From an uncultured Prolixibacteraceae bacterium (GTDB taxonomy: Bacteria; Bacteroidota; Bacteroidia; Bacteroidales; FEN-979), in the NCBI GenBank assembly GCA_964449285.1, contig CAYUZX010000001.1, forward strand, positions 67,819 through 131,818: a DNA stretch of 64,000 bases, read 5' to 3'. How positions within the stretch are numbered: position 1 is the stretch's first letter; every line of letters begins with the position of its first letter. Shown in pieces: positions 45,431 to 54,635 of the stretch. A program made the translations under genes and the position numbers. The notes beneath the pieces are model-generated. The model was not told where the DNA came from. It made no database searches and worked only from the letters and a program-made list of their open reading frames with translations.

Positions 45431-46675
45431 TTATCTCCTGATACCACCGTTCTTATGTTCCGCGTATCGAAATGCAAACTTCAAAAGAATCGGGGTGACT
45501 AAGGTAGTTATAAGTGCTATCAAGACCAGAATCGAAAAGAGATTTAATTCGATCAGGTTTTTATTCAGGGCAATGTTGGCAATTACCAGCGCCATCGCCC
45601 CACCGGCATTGATCCCAATCCCCAGGGTAAAAGCATCTCTTACTATCATGCCCGAAAGCCGCCCACCGAGATATCCACCCAAAATTTTACTGGTGAATAC
45701 AACTCCTAACAAGACGAATAATAGAGTAAAATCATCCAGTGCAGCAAGACTGAATGAGGCACCCATCGCCGCAAAAAATATTGGGGTTAGAAATCCTGAT
45801 GTTATTCCTGAAGCCGCTTCTTTGACACGTTTGAAATCATTCCTTGATACAACGGTTCTGGGAATTAATATAGTTCCAAAAAAAGCCCCTACCATGAAGT
45901 ACATACCGAGAAGTTCAGAGATACTGGCAAAAACTAGAATAAACAACATCACGATGGCAAACATTGACTCTTTTCCCTTGAGGAAAAGGAGCAACCGATC
46001 GAGCTGGTTGCTTAAGAAATCCAGTTTTTTTGAGGCAAACTTTATCAAATGATACGCTGTGTACAACAATGTAATTAGCAGAATCAGTTTCAGGATTGTT
46101 ATTCCGAGTGAAATGGCGAACTGCTGGATTGAATTGGCCTCTCCTGGATAATCAAGTAAAATTCCAAGTATCAAGAGAGAGGCTACATCGTTGAAGATGG
46201 CCACGGAGATGATCTGCTGTCCGATGGATGTCTGCAGTTTTCCGAGGTCCATCAAAATCCGGATCGTCACTGGAAGAGCTGTGATGGAGATACAAAGTCC
46301 CAGGAACATCGCAAAGAAGGGATTGTAACCCATCAGGCAGCCAACTGCAACACCACTAATAAACGGGATCGAGAACCCAAAAACGGCTAACCAAATGGTC
46401 TTCGGCTTCAGGGATTTTCGAATTTCTTCTGGAGATATCTCCATCCCGGCCATGACGATTAGCAGGAAAACAGCAAGATCTGATATGACATTTAGTTCCT
46501 GGGATGGGCCGATCAGGTTGATCATCGATGGTCCAAGGAGTACCCCGGCCAATACTTCCCCGACCATGGCGGGGGCCCCAATCCGTTCGAAAAGTTCACC
46601 CAGTACCCTTGCCGACAATAATAGCAGCAGCAATGTTACAATTAAAGGCAACTGCAGGTGGGGTATGGGCAGCAT
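45431..46675 (-). CDS. Cation:proton antiporter (CPA2/Kef-like)
   Basis: About 12 TM segments and an N-terminal LLLLLSARVLGELFERIGAPAMVGEVLAGVLLGP signature. ATG at 46675 is preferred, 24 nt downstream of a -7 box. Confidence 0.8.
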   Translation of the reverse strand: MLPIPHLQLPLIVTLLLLLLSARVLGELFERIGAPAMVGEVLAGVLLGPSMINLIGPSQELNVISDLAVFLLIVMAGMEISPEEIRKSLKPKTIWLAVFGFSIPFISGVAVGCLMGYNPFFAMFLGLCISITALPVTIRILMDLGKLQTSIGQQIISVAIFNDVASLLILGILLDYPGEANSIQQFAISLGITILKLILLITLLYTAYHLIKFASKKLDFLSNQLDRLLLFLKGKESMFAIVMLFILVFASISELLGMYFMVGAFFGTILIPRTVVSRNDFKRVKEAASGITSGFLTPIFFAAMGASFSLAALDDFTLLFVLLGVVFTSKILGGYLGGRLSGMIVRDAFTLGIGINAGGAMALVIANIALNKNLIELNLFSILVLIALITTLVTPILLKFAFRYAEHKNGGIRR

Positions 46676-46699
46676 AAAAGAAATATGGGGAAATCTATG

Positions 46700-46707
46700 C
46701 AAATTTA
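46700..46707 (-). promoter_or_regulatory. -7 box TAAATTTG for the antiporter-dedA-kup operon
   Basis: The reverse complement of caaattta; it overlaps the track's TTG start. Confidence 0.45.
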
Positions 46708-46752
46708 AACCATTTCCTACTTTTACTGTCTAATTACTTCTTTATAATTATT

Positions 46753-47301
46753 TTGTCAGAGACAACCGACAATCAACTCCTGGATCTGATCCAGCAACCC
46801 GAGAGCCGCAGATATGGGTTTAACCTTTTGGTGCGTAAATACCAGGAGCGGATCTACTGGCTTGTCAGACGGATGATCCTTAACCATGACGACACTGACG
46901 ATGTAGTACAGAACGTTTTTTTGAAGGTGTGGGAGAACCTTGATCGATTCCGGGGCGACTCCACTCTCTATACCTGGATCCATCGGATTGCTGTAAATGA
47001 AGCATTGAAGTGGTTAAGCAGAACCCGTCTTCGGCAGTTTGTTTCCTTCAGCACGGTGGAACGCAAGTTAGAAGAGAGCCTTACTGATGATCACTATTAT
47101 ACAGGCGATGAGATCCATGTCGCCTTACAGAAGGCGATGCTCAGGTTGCCGGCTAAACAGCGACTTGTCTTTCAGATGAAATATTTCGATGAGATGAAGT
47201 ATGAAGAGATATCGAAGATCCTGGGAACCTCTGTTGGAGCATTAAAGGCTTCCTACCACCATGCAGTGAAAAAAATTGAACAATTCATAAGGGATTATTA
47301 A
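46753..47301 (+). CDS. ECF-type RNA polymerase sigma-70 factor
   Basis: Region 2 (DDTDDVVQNVFLKVWENLDRFRGDS..YTWIHRIAVNEAL) and region 4 (MKYEEISKILGTSVGALKASYHHAVKKI). Confidence 0.85.
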   Translation: MSETTDNQLLDLIQQPESRRYGFNLLVRKYQERIYWLVRRMILNHDDTDDVVQNVFLKVWENLDRFRGDSTLYTWIHRIAVNEALKWLSRTRLRQFVSFSTVERKLEESLTDDHYYTGDEIHVALQKAMLRLPAKQRLVFQMKYFDEMKYEEISKILGTSVGALKASYHHAVKKIEQFIRDY

Positions 47302-47329
47302 ACCATTGAGAAGAATTTTAATCCAACGA

Positions 47330-47818
47330 ATGATGAATGAGTATTTTACAAAAAGAAATGATTTCCACGTGCCGGAGGAATATTTTGATGAGCTCCCTTC
47401 GAGGATTCACCAGCGGATAGAAGGAAAGAAAAAGACACGATCGAACGTATTCACTTCCTTTCCACGATCAATCCGGCTGGCTTCAGTCCTGGCAACCTTA
47501 TTCCTGGTTGCTCTGGTCACTACCTTCCTCTTGGTTCCCGCTATTATAAATCGGCCTCCTGATCCAAATGGAACAAAGGGGATATCATATACTGAGTTGA
47601 CTGAGTACTTCAACGTTGATGAGTCGGCAGTGATTGAAGTGATGACTACTGAGATTCCATCCGAACTGCTGAGTTTTAACGGGAATATATCTCCGGAGAT
47701 TGAGATGAACGGAGAGATGTTCAACCGTGATGATCTTATCGAGTACCTGGTTGAGAAGGACCACCCTGAAATGGCTGTAAATTCATTGAGTATTTCTGAA
47801 ATTATCAATCCTAACTAA
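47330..47818 (+). CDS. Putative single-pass anti-sigma factor
   Basis: Immediately downstream of the sigma gene. Short cytoplasmic N-terminus (FHVPEEYFDELPSRI) and one TM segment (LASVLATLFLVALVTTFLLV). Confidence 0.5.
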   Translation: MMNEYFTKRNDFHVPEEYFDELPSRIHQRIEGKKKTRSNVFTSFPRSIRLASVLATLFLVALVTTFLLVPAIINRPPDPNGTKGISYTELTEYFNVDESAVIEVMTTEIPSELLSFNGNISPEIEMNGEMFNRDDLIEYLVEKDHPEMAVNSLSISEIINPN

Positions 47819-47825
47819 TTGAGAC

Positions 47826-48311
47826 ATGAAAACATATTTGTTTATTCCGCTGACAATCTCCCTGGTGCTCATAACCTTGTGTTCATCAGGACAACGGTTT
47901 ACTCCTGGCGATGAAATGCCACCTGCCAGGAAAGAGCAATGGGAAAAAATTGAATCCTTTCGGATAGCTTATTTTACGGAAAAACTGGATTTGTCACCTG
48001 CTGAGGCTGAAACGTTCTGGCCACTGTACAATGAGTATAGAAAGACCATGGAACTCAATTCAAATGAAGGAAGACGGAGACCAGGGAACGATCTTGAGCC
48101 CGATCCGATGACCGATCAGGAAGCGTTGGCTATTGTTGACAAGGCAATCAGGCAAATACAGGAGAGAAGTAAGCTCACACAGCAATTTTTTACGAGTCTG
48201 AAACAGGTATTGCCACCTAAAAAAATCGTTCTGTTTTTAGATACTGAACGATCCTTCAAACATGAGTTGTTAAGAAAGCTTGAACAGTATCGTTCCCGCG
48301 AAAAAAAGTAA
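47826..48311 (+). CDS. Periplasmic helical protein associated with the ECF module (Spy/CpxP-like)
   Basis: Signal peptide and helical K/E-rich repeats (FRIAYFTEKLDLSPAEAETFWPLYNEY). Confidence 0.5.
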   Translation: MKTYLFIPLTISLVLITLCSSGQRFTPGDEMPPARKEQWEKIESFRIAYFTEKLDLSPAEAETFWPLYNEYRKTMELNSNEGRRRPGNDLEPDPMTDQEALAIVDKAIRQIQERSKLTQQFFTSLKQVLPPKKIVLFLDTERSFKHELLRKLEQYRSREKK

Positions 48312-48351
48312 CTCTTTGAGCCTTCAGGGTTACATCCTTATCATTTTCGAA

Positions 48352-48359
48352 TATCTTTG
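48352..48359 (+). promoter_or_regulatory. -7 box TATCTTTG upstream of pnuC
   Basis: Exact TAnnTTTG, 25 nt before the TTG at 48385. Confidence 0.4.
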
Positions 48360-48384
48360 TGGGTAACAATCCAATTATCCCAAT

Positions 48385-48999
48385 TTGCTGACAGATCCAT
48401 TCATTATTCTGGGAACCCAGACAACCATCCTGGAGATTTTTGCTATCCTGTGCGGTCTCTCCAGTGTATGGTTCATGAAGAAGGAGAATATTCTTGTATA
48501 CCCACTTGGCATCATCAATGTATTGATTTACGTATATATCTGCTATACCTCCAAGTTATATGCCTATGCCGGAATCAATGTGTTTTATGCAGTGATGAGT
48601 GCGTATGGTTGGTATAATTGGTTGCGGAAAAACGAACAGGATGAACGGATCCGGGTAACTCATCTTACAGTAAAAATGATTTTGGTCTATACGTTGCTAA
48701 TCATTGGATTCTTCTTCCTGGTAAGATATTTTCTTGACCATTTTACCGATAGTGAAATACCATCATGGGATGCGTTAACCACAGCTATTTATATCATTGC
48801 CATGTGGTTGCTGGCTCAGAAAAAGATCGAACACTGGATTCTCTGGATCATCGGAGATGTGATCTCAATCGGGATGTTTGCCTGGCTGAATCTCTACTTC
48901 AGTTCCTTCCAATTCCTGGTTTTTACTATAATTGCTATTTTTGGGTTTATTGAATGGAGAGGGAAGCTGGCTACGAGGGTCGAGGGACGAAGGACGTAA
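48385..48999 (+). CDS. pnuC: Nicotinamide riboside transporter PnuC
   Basis: ILEIFAILCGLSSVWFMKKENILVYPLGIIN and later W-rich TM segments. The last 9 codons (ATRVEGRRT) are encoded by the heptamer array. Confidence 0.85.
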   Translation: MLTDPFIILGTQTTILEIFAILCGLSSVWFMKKENILVYPLGIINVLIYVYICYTSKLYAYAGINVFYAVMSAYGWYNWLRKNEQDERIRVTHLTVKMILVYTLLIIGFFFLVRYFLDHFTDSEIPSWDALTTAIYIIAMWLLAQKKIEHWILWIIGDVISIGMFAWLNLYFSSFQFLVFTIIAIFGFIEWRGKLATRVEGRRT

Positions 49000-49043
49000 G
49001 ACGTTAGACGTTAGACGTGGAACTGCCCACTGCCCACTTTGAT
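48974..49043. repeat. Ten-unit graded heptamer array cgagggt cgaggga cgaagga cgtaaga cgttaga cgttaga cgtggaa ctgccca ctgccca ctttgat
   Basis: Read directly at exact 7-nt register. Contains the pnuC stop (48997-48999). Confidence 0.9.
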
Positions 49044-49046
49044 GAT

Positions 49047-49583
49047 ATGATCAGAAGAATTGCAATCACCGGACCCGAGTCAACTGGAAAGTCGTCGCTT
49101 GCCAGGCAGTTGGCAGATCATTATAAGTCAGTCTGGGTTCCTGAGTACGCCAGAGAATATATCGATCATTTGGGAAGGCCATATGAAGAGAGCGATATTC
49201 TGGTGATTGCTCAGGGGCAACTGAAGCTGGAGAAGGATGCGGAGGTGATCATAAAAAAAGGAAAGAAGAATGAGGACTATCTTTTCTGCGACACCGAGTT
49301 TCTTGTTCCCAAGATATGGAGTGAAGTGAAGTTCAGCCGCTGTGATCCCTGGATTCTGCACCAGATTGAAACACGCGTGTATGATCTTTACCTATTATGT
49401 TATATCGACATTCCATGGGAGTATGACCCACAGCGCGAGCATCCTGAGTTGCGCGAGCACCTGTTCAACCTGTACCATGAAGAGTTACTTGAACGCAACA
49501 GGAACTTCCGCGTTGTTTCTGGCCTTGATGAGGATCGATTGAACAATGCAATAAAATTTGTTGACGAATGTTATACTAGATAG
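49047..49583 (+). CDS. NadR-like AAA ATPase / ribosylnicotinamide kinase domain protein
   Basis: P-loop ITGPESTGKSSLARQLA. Adjacent to pnuC. ATG at 49047 is preferred over the array-encoded GTG at 49017. Confidence 0.75.
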   Translation: MIRRIAITGPESTGKSSLARQLADHYKSVWVPEYAREYIDHLGRPYEESDILVIAQGQLKLEKDAEVIIKKGKKNEDYLFCDTEFLVPKIWSEVKFSRCDPWILHQIETRVYDLYLLCYIDIPWEYDPQREHPELREHLFNLYHEELLERNRNFRVVSGLDEDRLNNAIKFVDECYTR

Positions 49584-49646
49584 TTTGATGCCGGATGACG
49601 GATGATTCCTCATTCGTAATTTGTAATTTTGCCCCATGCCTGCCCA
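49584..49646. repeat. Composite heptamer array tttgatg ccggatg acggatg attcctc attcgta atttgta attttgc cccatgc ctgccca
   Basis: Nine units in register. Spans the whole spacer and the start codon (49636) of the glycosyltransferase. Confidence 0.8.
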
Positions 49647-50814
49647 TCCCCGGAACATTCTTTTTCTTCCCCGCTGGTATCCTCACCGGTATGATCCGAT
49701 GCCGGGATTGTTTATTCAGAGGCAAGCTGAGGCGCTTGCATCCAATAATCATGTAGTAGTGCTTTATGTTCATCCTGATCCCGATTGCCCGAGTGAATTC
49801 GAGATCGATTATACGGAGGTGAATGGAGTTATTGCCATTAGGGTCTATTACAAGATTCCTGAGATCGTTCTTCCGGGCATCTACCAGGCTATGAATATGA
49901 TAAATTTTTACAGGGCTCACATAAGAGGGTTGGAGATTGTCGGCGATTTCACTCCTGACATCATTCACACGCATATTCTAACCCGTGAAGCAGTGATCGG
50001 ACACCTTCTGAGCCGGCGACACCATGTCCCTCATGTGATCTCGGAGCACTGGTCGCGGTATTTCTCACAGAATGGTTCATACAGAGGGTTAATCAGGAAG
50101 TTGATTACACGATATGTGGTTGGGAAGGCAGCTGCTGTGATAGCGGTTTCGGAGGTATTGAAAGATGCAATGATTTCCTGTCATCTGGCTAACAAGCAGT
50201 ATTTTGTAGTCCCTAATGTGGTAGATTTACCTCAGTTGATAGAGATGCCTAAGAAGAGACCTGACTCCCGGAAGCAGTTCCTGCATGTCTCCTGTTTTGA
50301 TGACCGTGCCAAGAATATCTCCGGATTACTTGAAGCTATCTCGAAACTTTCCAAAAAAAGATCAGATTTTCTATGTCTGCTGGCAGGAGAGGGCCCCGAT
50401 CTGGAGAGTATGCAGCAACTGGCCAGGAAGCTTGGGCTGACGGGAAAAACAGTCATCTTTACCGGTCTTAAAGGAGGTCAAGATCTCACAGTGTTATATG
50501 AGGAGGCTGACTTTACTGTGCTTTCGAGTCGGTATGAGACCTTTGGTACTGTGCTTGTCGAGAGTCTGGCCTGCGGTACTCCGGTGCTCTCAACAGCGGT
50601 TGGAATTGCCCCGGAGATTATCAATAACAGAAATGGAATACTTATACCGCCGAATGACAACGATGCGCTTGTGGAAGCAATCGACCTTATGCTGGATATG
50701 AACAGCTCATTAGACCGGGAAGCCATAAGGAAAGAAGTAATCGATCGGTACACTTCTCAATTGGTAGGCAGCCAGCTCTCAGCGATCTATTCACAAATCG
50801 CGGGAGATGTTTAA
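49636..50814 (+). CDS. Glycosyltransferase family 4 (GT-B)
   Basis: NILFLPRWYP N-terminus and a C-terminal EtFGtvlvESlacGtPV motif (E-x7-E). Confidence 0.8.
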   Translation: MPAHPRNILFLPRWYPHRYDPMPGLFIQRQAEALASNNHVVVLYVHPDPDCPSEFEIDYTEVNGVIAIRVYYKIPEIVLPGIYQAMNMINFYRAHIRGLEIVGDFTPDIIHTHILTREAVIGHLLSRRHHVPHVISEHWSRYFSQNGSYRGLIRKLITRYVVGKAAAVIAVSEVLKDAMISCHLANKQYFVVPNVVDLPQLIEMPKKRPDSRKQFLHVSCFDDRAKNISGLLEAISKLSKKRSDFLCLLAGEGPDLESMQQLARKLGLTGKTVIFTGLKGGQDLTVLYEEADFTVLSSRYETFGTVLVESLACGTPVLSTAVGIAPEIINNRNGILIPPNDNDALVEAIDLMLDMNSSLDREAIRKEVIDRYTSQLVGSQLSAIYSQIAGDV

Positions 50815-52099
50815 AAAAATAGTAGGCACGATCTTTACCCGGTTTCTGGCAGCTATCCTGATGCTGACTATCGTGGTGCTAAATGCGCGTTATCTCGGGG
50901 CCGAGAAGGTGGGTGTGATCAGCCTGATCATACTGGCTGTTACGATCGTTCAGATGGTAAATAACTTTATCGGTGGTGCGGCCCTGGTTTACCTGGTGCC
51001 CAGAACCCCGTTGCTAAAACTGTTTATCCCTTCCTATATCTGGGGAGTGATAGCTTCCATTATTTGTGCGGTAGTACTCTATCTCACCAGCTCCATTCCA
51101 CAGGGTTACTTCGTACATGTAATGATCCTCTCCACACTGCATTCCCTCTTTACTGTTAATACGATGATTCTCCTGGGTCAGGAGCGGATCAAGTCAATCA
51201 ATGTTCTTACAGTTGCCCAGATTACCTCCCTTGTTGCTGTTCTGCTGGCATTCTTCATATTTACTTCCAATAGGGAGGTGATGGTTTATATTTATGCCAT
51301 GTACGTCTCATATGTCATCATGTTTGTGGGTAGTTTTGCCCTGATCACAAACCGGTTAAAACGAGGTGATTTGAGTGGCATGAAACAGGTTATCCGCGAG
51401 ATTCTTGCATTCGGAAGCTGGGCCCAGACAGCCAATATTTTCCAGCTCTTCAACTACAGGTTGAGTTATTACTTCATTGAGCATATTATTAGCAAAGCCG
51501 CACTCGGAGTCTATTCTACTGGTGTTCAGCTCTCGGAGGGTGTATGGATTATTCCACGCAGCATCTCGATGGTTCAGCTTTCACGAATAAGCAATGAGAA
51601 GAGATGGGACTATGCTGTGAAGGTCACCCTTATCTTCAGCAAAGTGGGATTGCTGGTTTCAATGATACTTGTTGGATTGATCCTTCTTTTACCAACCGGT
51701 TTCTTTGTTTTTGTATTCGGCCCTGAATTCAGCGGTGTGAAGCCTGTGATCATCAGTCTGGCTGTTGGTATTGTCACCCTCTCTTTTTCTATCCTCCTCA
51801 GCGCTTTTTTTTCAGGAATGGGAAAACCCATGCACAGTGCTATTGCCTCCGGCATCGGACTGGTATTCACCATTATTCTCACCCTGTGGCTTATACCCAT
51901 ATATGGAATCATTGGAGCTGGAATTGCCGCTTCGTGCTCTTACTTGTCAGCTACTATTTATCAGTTGATAACTTTTGTGATTCTGGCAAGAGTCAAAGCC
52001 AAAGATTTCCTGATAAAAAAGGATGAGATCAGGATACTGGTGAAGGAGATAAAAGTTATGTTGAAACAAACAAAATTAGATCCATTTTTTCTGAAATGA
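50807..52099 (+). CDS. Polysaccharide/oligosaccharide flippase (MOP/Wzx-like)
   Basis: About 12 TM segments and 430 aa. Overlaps both neighbours by 8 and 4 nt. Confidence 0.7.
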   Translation: MFKKIVGTIFTRFLAAILMLTIVVLNARYLGAEKVGVISLIILAVTIVQMVNNFIGGAALVYLVPRTPLLKLFIPSYIWGVIASIICAVVLYLTSSIPQGYFVHVMILSTLHSLFTVNTMILLGQERIKSINVLTVAQITSLVAVLLAFFIFTSNREVMVYIYAMYVSYVIMFVGSFALITNRLKRGDLSGMKQVIREILAFGSWAQTANIFQLFNYRLSYYFIEHIISKAALGVYSTGVQLSEGVWIIPRSISMVQLSRISNEKRWDYAVKVTLIFSKVGLLVSMILVGLILLLPTGFFVFVFGPEFSGVKPVIISLAVGIVTLSFSILLSAFFSGMGKPMHSAIASGIGLVFTIILTLWLIPIYGIIGAGIAASCSYLSATIYQLITFVILARVKAKDFLIKKDEIRILVKEIKVMLKQTKLDPFFLK

Positions 52100-53757
52100 G
52101 AACTCTCAGGTTTGCAGTTATGTGTTCGGGACCCGTTGTTCAGCGATGGCAAGCGGAGGCTATTCGACTGACAATCAAGAATGGCCATCAGCTGGAATTG
52201 ATCATCCAGGATAGTCGTATTGCGGAAAGAGAAGGCTTTCTTAACAAGTTAGTCTCATACCCCTGGCACAGAGTGGTGGCAAATCTATGTCACAGATACC
52301 TATTTCACCCCGCAGCGAAGAATCCGGTGGATATGACGCCAGAATTTCATGGTATTCCTATACTGAAGTGTCCCATAATTAAAAAAGGATATTCTGAGTA
52401 TTTTTACGATCAGGAGATCCGGGAAATTAGCTCCTATCATTTGGATTTTATCATCCGGTTTGGCTTCCATATCATCCGGGGGGATATTCTGAGTGCAGCC
52501 AAATATGGCGTATGGTCTTATCATCATGATGATGAAATGATTTACCGGGGGGGGCCTTCCGGGTTTCGGGAGATCCTCTTCAATGATCCGGTTAACGGCG
52601 CTATTCTTCAACGGTTGACCAATGATCTGGATAATGGTATTGTTTTAAAAAAAGGGTGGTTTCGTACGGTTAACCACTCCTTTAAAGCCAACACAGAAAG
52701 GTTACTTTCCGAGACTGTTTCATGGGTATCTCAGGTGGCAAATGACATAGGGAACGATCTTCCCATCAACACTGAACCTTCCAATTCGCAAGCTAAACTA
52801 TTCAGAGGAGCAGGTAATCTCCTTATGGTTCGCTTTTTAATCAAACTGCTGGTCAATAGAATGCGATTCCATTTTCGGGAGATCTTCCTTGCTGAAAAGT
52901 GGTCTATTGCTTTGCTGAAAGGTCCGATAGAAGGCTTTTTTGCAGCCGATTTCTGGAAGGATACAACCCCCCGCTGGGTTCCTTCAGCACCCCAAAACAG
53001 CTATTTCGCCGATCCCTTTATGTTCAGGTATTCAAATGAACTCTGTATCCTTGCAGAATGTTACTCCTATGCAACCCAGAAAGCTGGCCTCTCCTGTATT
53101 ACAATGTTTGATGAAGAGAACACAGAGAAAGGGTCGATAGGCTCTTTCCTGGATTCCGATGTACATGTTTCATATCCTTATTTGGTTGCCGAGGGAGACC
53201 AATTATATTGTATTCCTGAATCCCACCAGAACCGCAGGGTTGATCTCTATACGGTGGATAAGGAAATGAAATCTCTCAAATTTAAAAAAATCATGCTGGA
53301 TGATATTGATGCAGTAGATCCTACATTATTCAGATTCAATGATTTGTGGTGGTTGTTCTTCACCCGAAGGCATTTATCCGATACACACCTCTGGGCTTAT
53401 TATGCCAGCAGTATCGATGGGGAATTCCAGTCTCATACGAACAATCCGGTTAAATCTGATATTCGCGGCTCCAGACCAGCAGGAACACCATTTATATACC
53501 AGGGAGATCTTTACCGGCCCGCCATGGATTGTTCCCGAACCTATGGATGGAGAATAGCTATTCAAAAGATTCTGACTTTATCCCCAATCGAATTTGCTGA
53601 AACTACCGTTAACGTGATAGGACCCGATCCCCGGTCAGGGTATCCACATGGGATCCATACAATTAGCCACATCGATGGCTATTTTGTGCTCGACTCCAAG
53701 CGATACACGTTTTATAAATCAAGTTTTATCCACCAGATAAAAAGACGGTTAACCTGA
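52096..53757 (+). CDS. Formyltransferase-like N-terminal domain fused to an unassigned C-terminal domain of about 300 aa
   Basis: N-terminus: LDFIIRFGFHIIRGDIL...GVWSYHHDD..YRGGPSGFREI resembles the Fmt/ArnA N-domain. The C-terminus is W/F/Y-rich (DLWWLFFT), possibly a beta-propeller. Confidence 0.5.
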   Translation: MRTLRFAVMCSGPVVQRWQAEAIRLTIKNGHQLELIIQDSRIAEREGFLNKLVSYPWHRVVANLCHRYLFHPAAKNPVDMTPEFHGIPILKCPIIKKGYSEYFYDQEIREISSYHLDFIIRFGFHIIRGDILSAAKYGVWSYHHDDEMIYRGGPSGFREILFNDPVNGAILQRLTNDLDNGIVLKKGWFRTVNHSFKANTERLLSETVSWVSQVANDIGNDLPINTEPSNSQAKLFRGAGNLLMVRFLIKLLVNRMRFHFREIFLAEKWSIALLKGPIEGFFAADFWKDTTPRWVPSAPQNSYFADPFMFRYSNELCILAECYSYATQKAGLSCITMFDEENTEKGSIGSFLDSDVHVSYPYLVAEGDQLYCIPESHQNRRVDLYTVDKEMKSLKFKKIMLDDIDAVDPTLFRFNDLWWLFFTRRHLSDTHLWAYYASSIDGEFQSHTNNPVKSDIRGSRPAGTPFIYQGDLYRPAMDCSRTYGWRIAIQKILTLSPIEFAETTVNVIGPDPRSGYPHGIHTISHIDGYFVLDSKRYTFYKSSFIHQIKRRLT

Positions 53758-54582
53758 TTTTCTGACAACAAGCAGCGAATTCACCGTTGTCGCAAAATCG
53801 CTTGTTTTGTTCTTCTCCAAGAGGTAGATGAACATCCCTATTACTGAAAGAAAGGGTTGAAAAAGCAGGATGAAGAGAAAGATTACCAGGGAAGTGAGTT
53901 TATGGATTGGATGTTTTCTGGAAGCAATTACTGCTGGGTAATTACGCCAATATTTCAGGATGATACTATATAGGGTGGTAAGGATGCTTCCGTAACTTTC
54001 CTGTGCTACGAGCGAAAATCCCGTCTTTCCCGCAATTTTATTTAGCCCGTTAGGAGTGTGCCTCAGTATGTCGATATCGCTCCATTCGGGATACATGAAA
54101 TTGGTCGCTACCATGAATAATCCATCCTGGATCAGCACCCGGTGAACTTCACGAAAAAAAAGATCTGGGTTTTCAAAAACAGGGAGTACCTGGTAGGAGA
54201 CAACGCAATCGAAACTTTCATCCTGAAAAGGGAGAGATGTCCCATCCTCAATCCAGTAATCTGTAAAACGTTCAATTTGTTTTCTCATCTGTGAATCATA
54301 TCCGGTTGCCGTATTGGTTCCTATATAAGATTCGACCTTGGTAAAAAGATTTTCATATGGTTTATCACCTGCTCCGATATCGAGCAAGTGACCTGTGAAA
54401 AGATGTTCATATTTCCTTGTTTTATCTTTCGTAAGCCGGGTGTCGATGTAGAACTGGAATTTGCGGAAATACAGACTGATGAGATCAGGAAGAATCTTTT
54501 TAAGTTTAATCATCGTGGCAGGATTGGATAACGAAAGTACAAAAACTGTGTGTAACTTTTTGAAAACTCTTTGCTTTGTCAT
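53749..54582 (-). CDS. Class I SAM-dependent methyltransferase with a C-terminal membrane anchor
   Basis: Motif [12 protein letters not shown] and a hydrophobic C-terminal segment ([24 protein letters not shown]). The start is uncertain; an alternative ATG lies at 54513. Confidence 0.65.
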   Translation of the reverse strand: MTKQRVFKKLHTVFVLSLSNPATMIKLKKILPDLISLYFRKFQFYIDTRLTKDKTRKYEHLFTGHLLDIGAGDKPYENLFTKVESYIGTNTATGYDSQMRKQIERFTDYWIEDGTSLPFQDESFDCVVSYQVLPVFENPDLFFREVHRVLIQDGLFMVATNFMYPEWSDIDILRHTPNGLNKIAGKTGFSLVAQESYGSILTTLYSIILKYWRNYPAVIASRKHPIHKLTSLVIFLFILLFQPFLSVIGMFIYLLEKNKTSDFATTVNSLLVVRKSG

Positions 54583-54605
54583 ACTTCGCTGCAGGCCGTT
54601 TCCGT

Positions 54606-54613
54606 TATCTTTG
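54606..54613 (+). promoter_or_regulatory. -7 box TATCTTTG upstream of parE
   Basis: Exact TAnnTTTG, 22 nt before the ATG at 54636. It lies inside the track's extended ORF. Confidence 0.45.
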
Positions 54614-54635
54614 CACCGCAGAAAAAAAAAGAAGC

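Noticed and set aside
48357-48617. 86-aa ORF overlapping pnuC in another frame
   Set aside because: The Cys/His-rich translation has no TM character, whereas the overlapping frame gives a canonical PnuC sequence.
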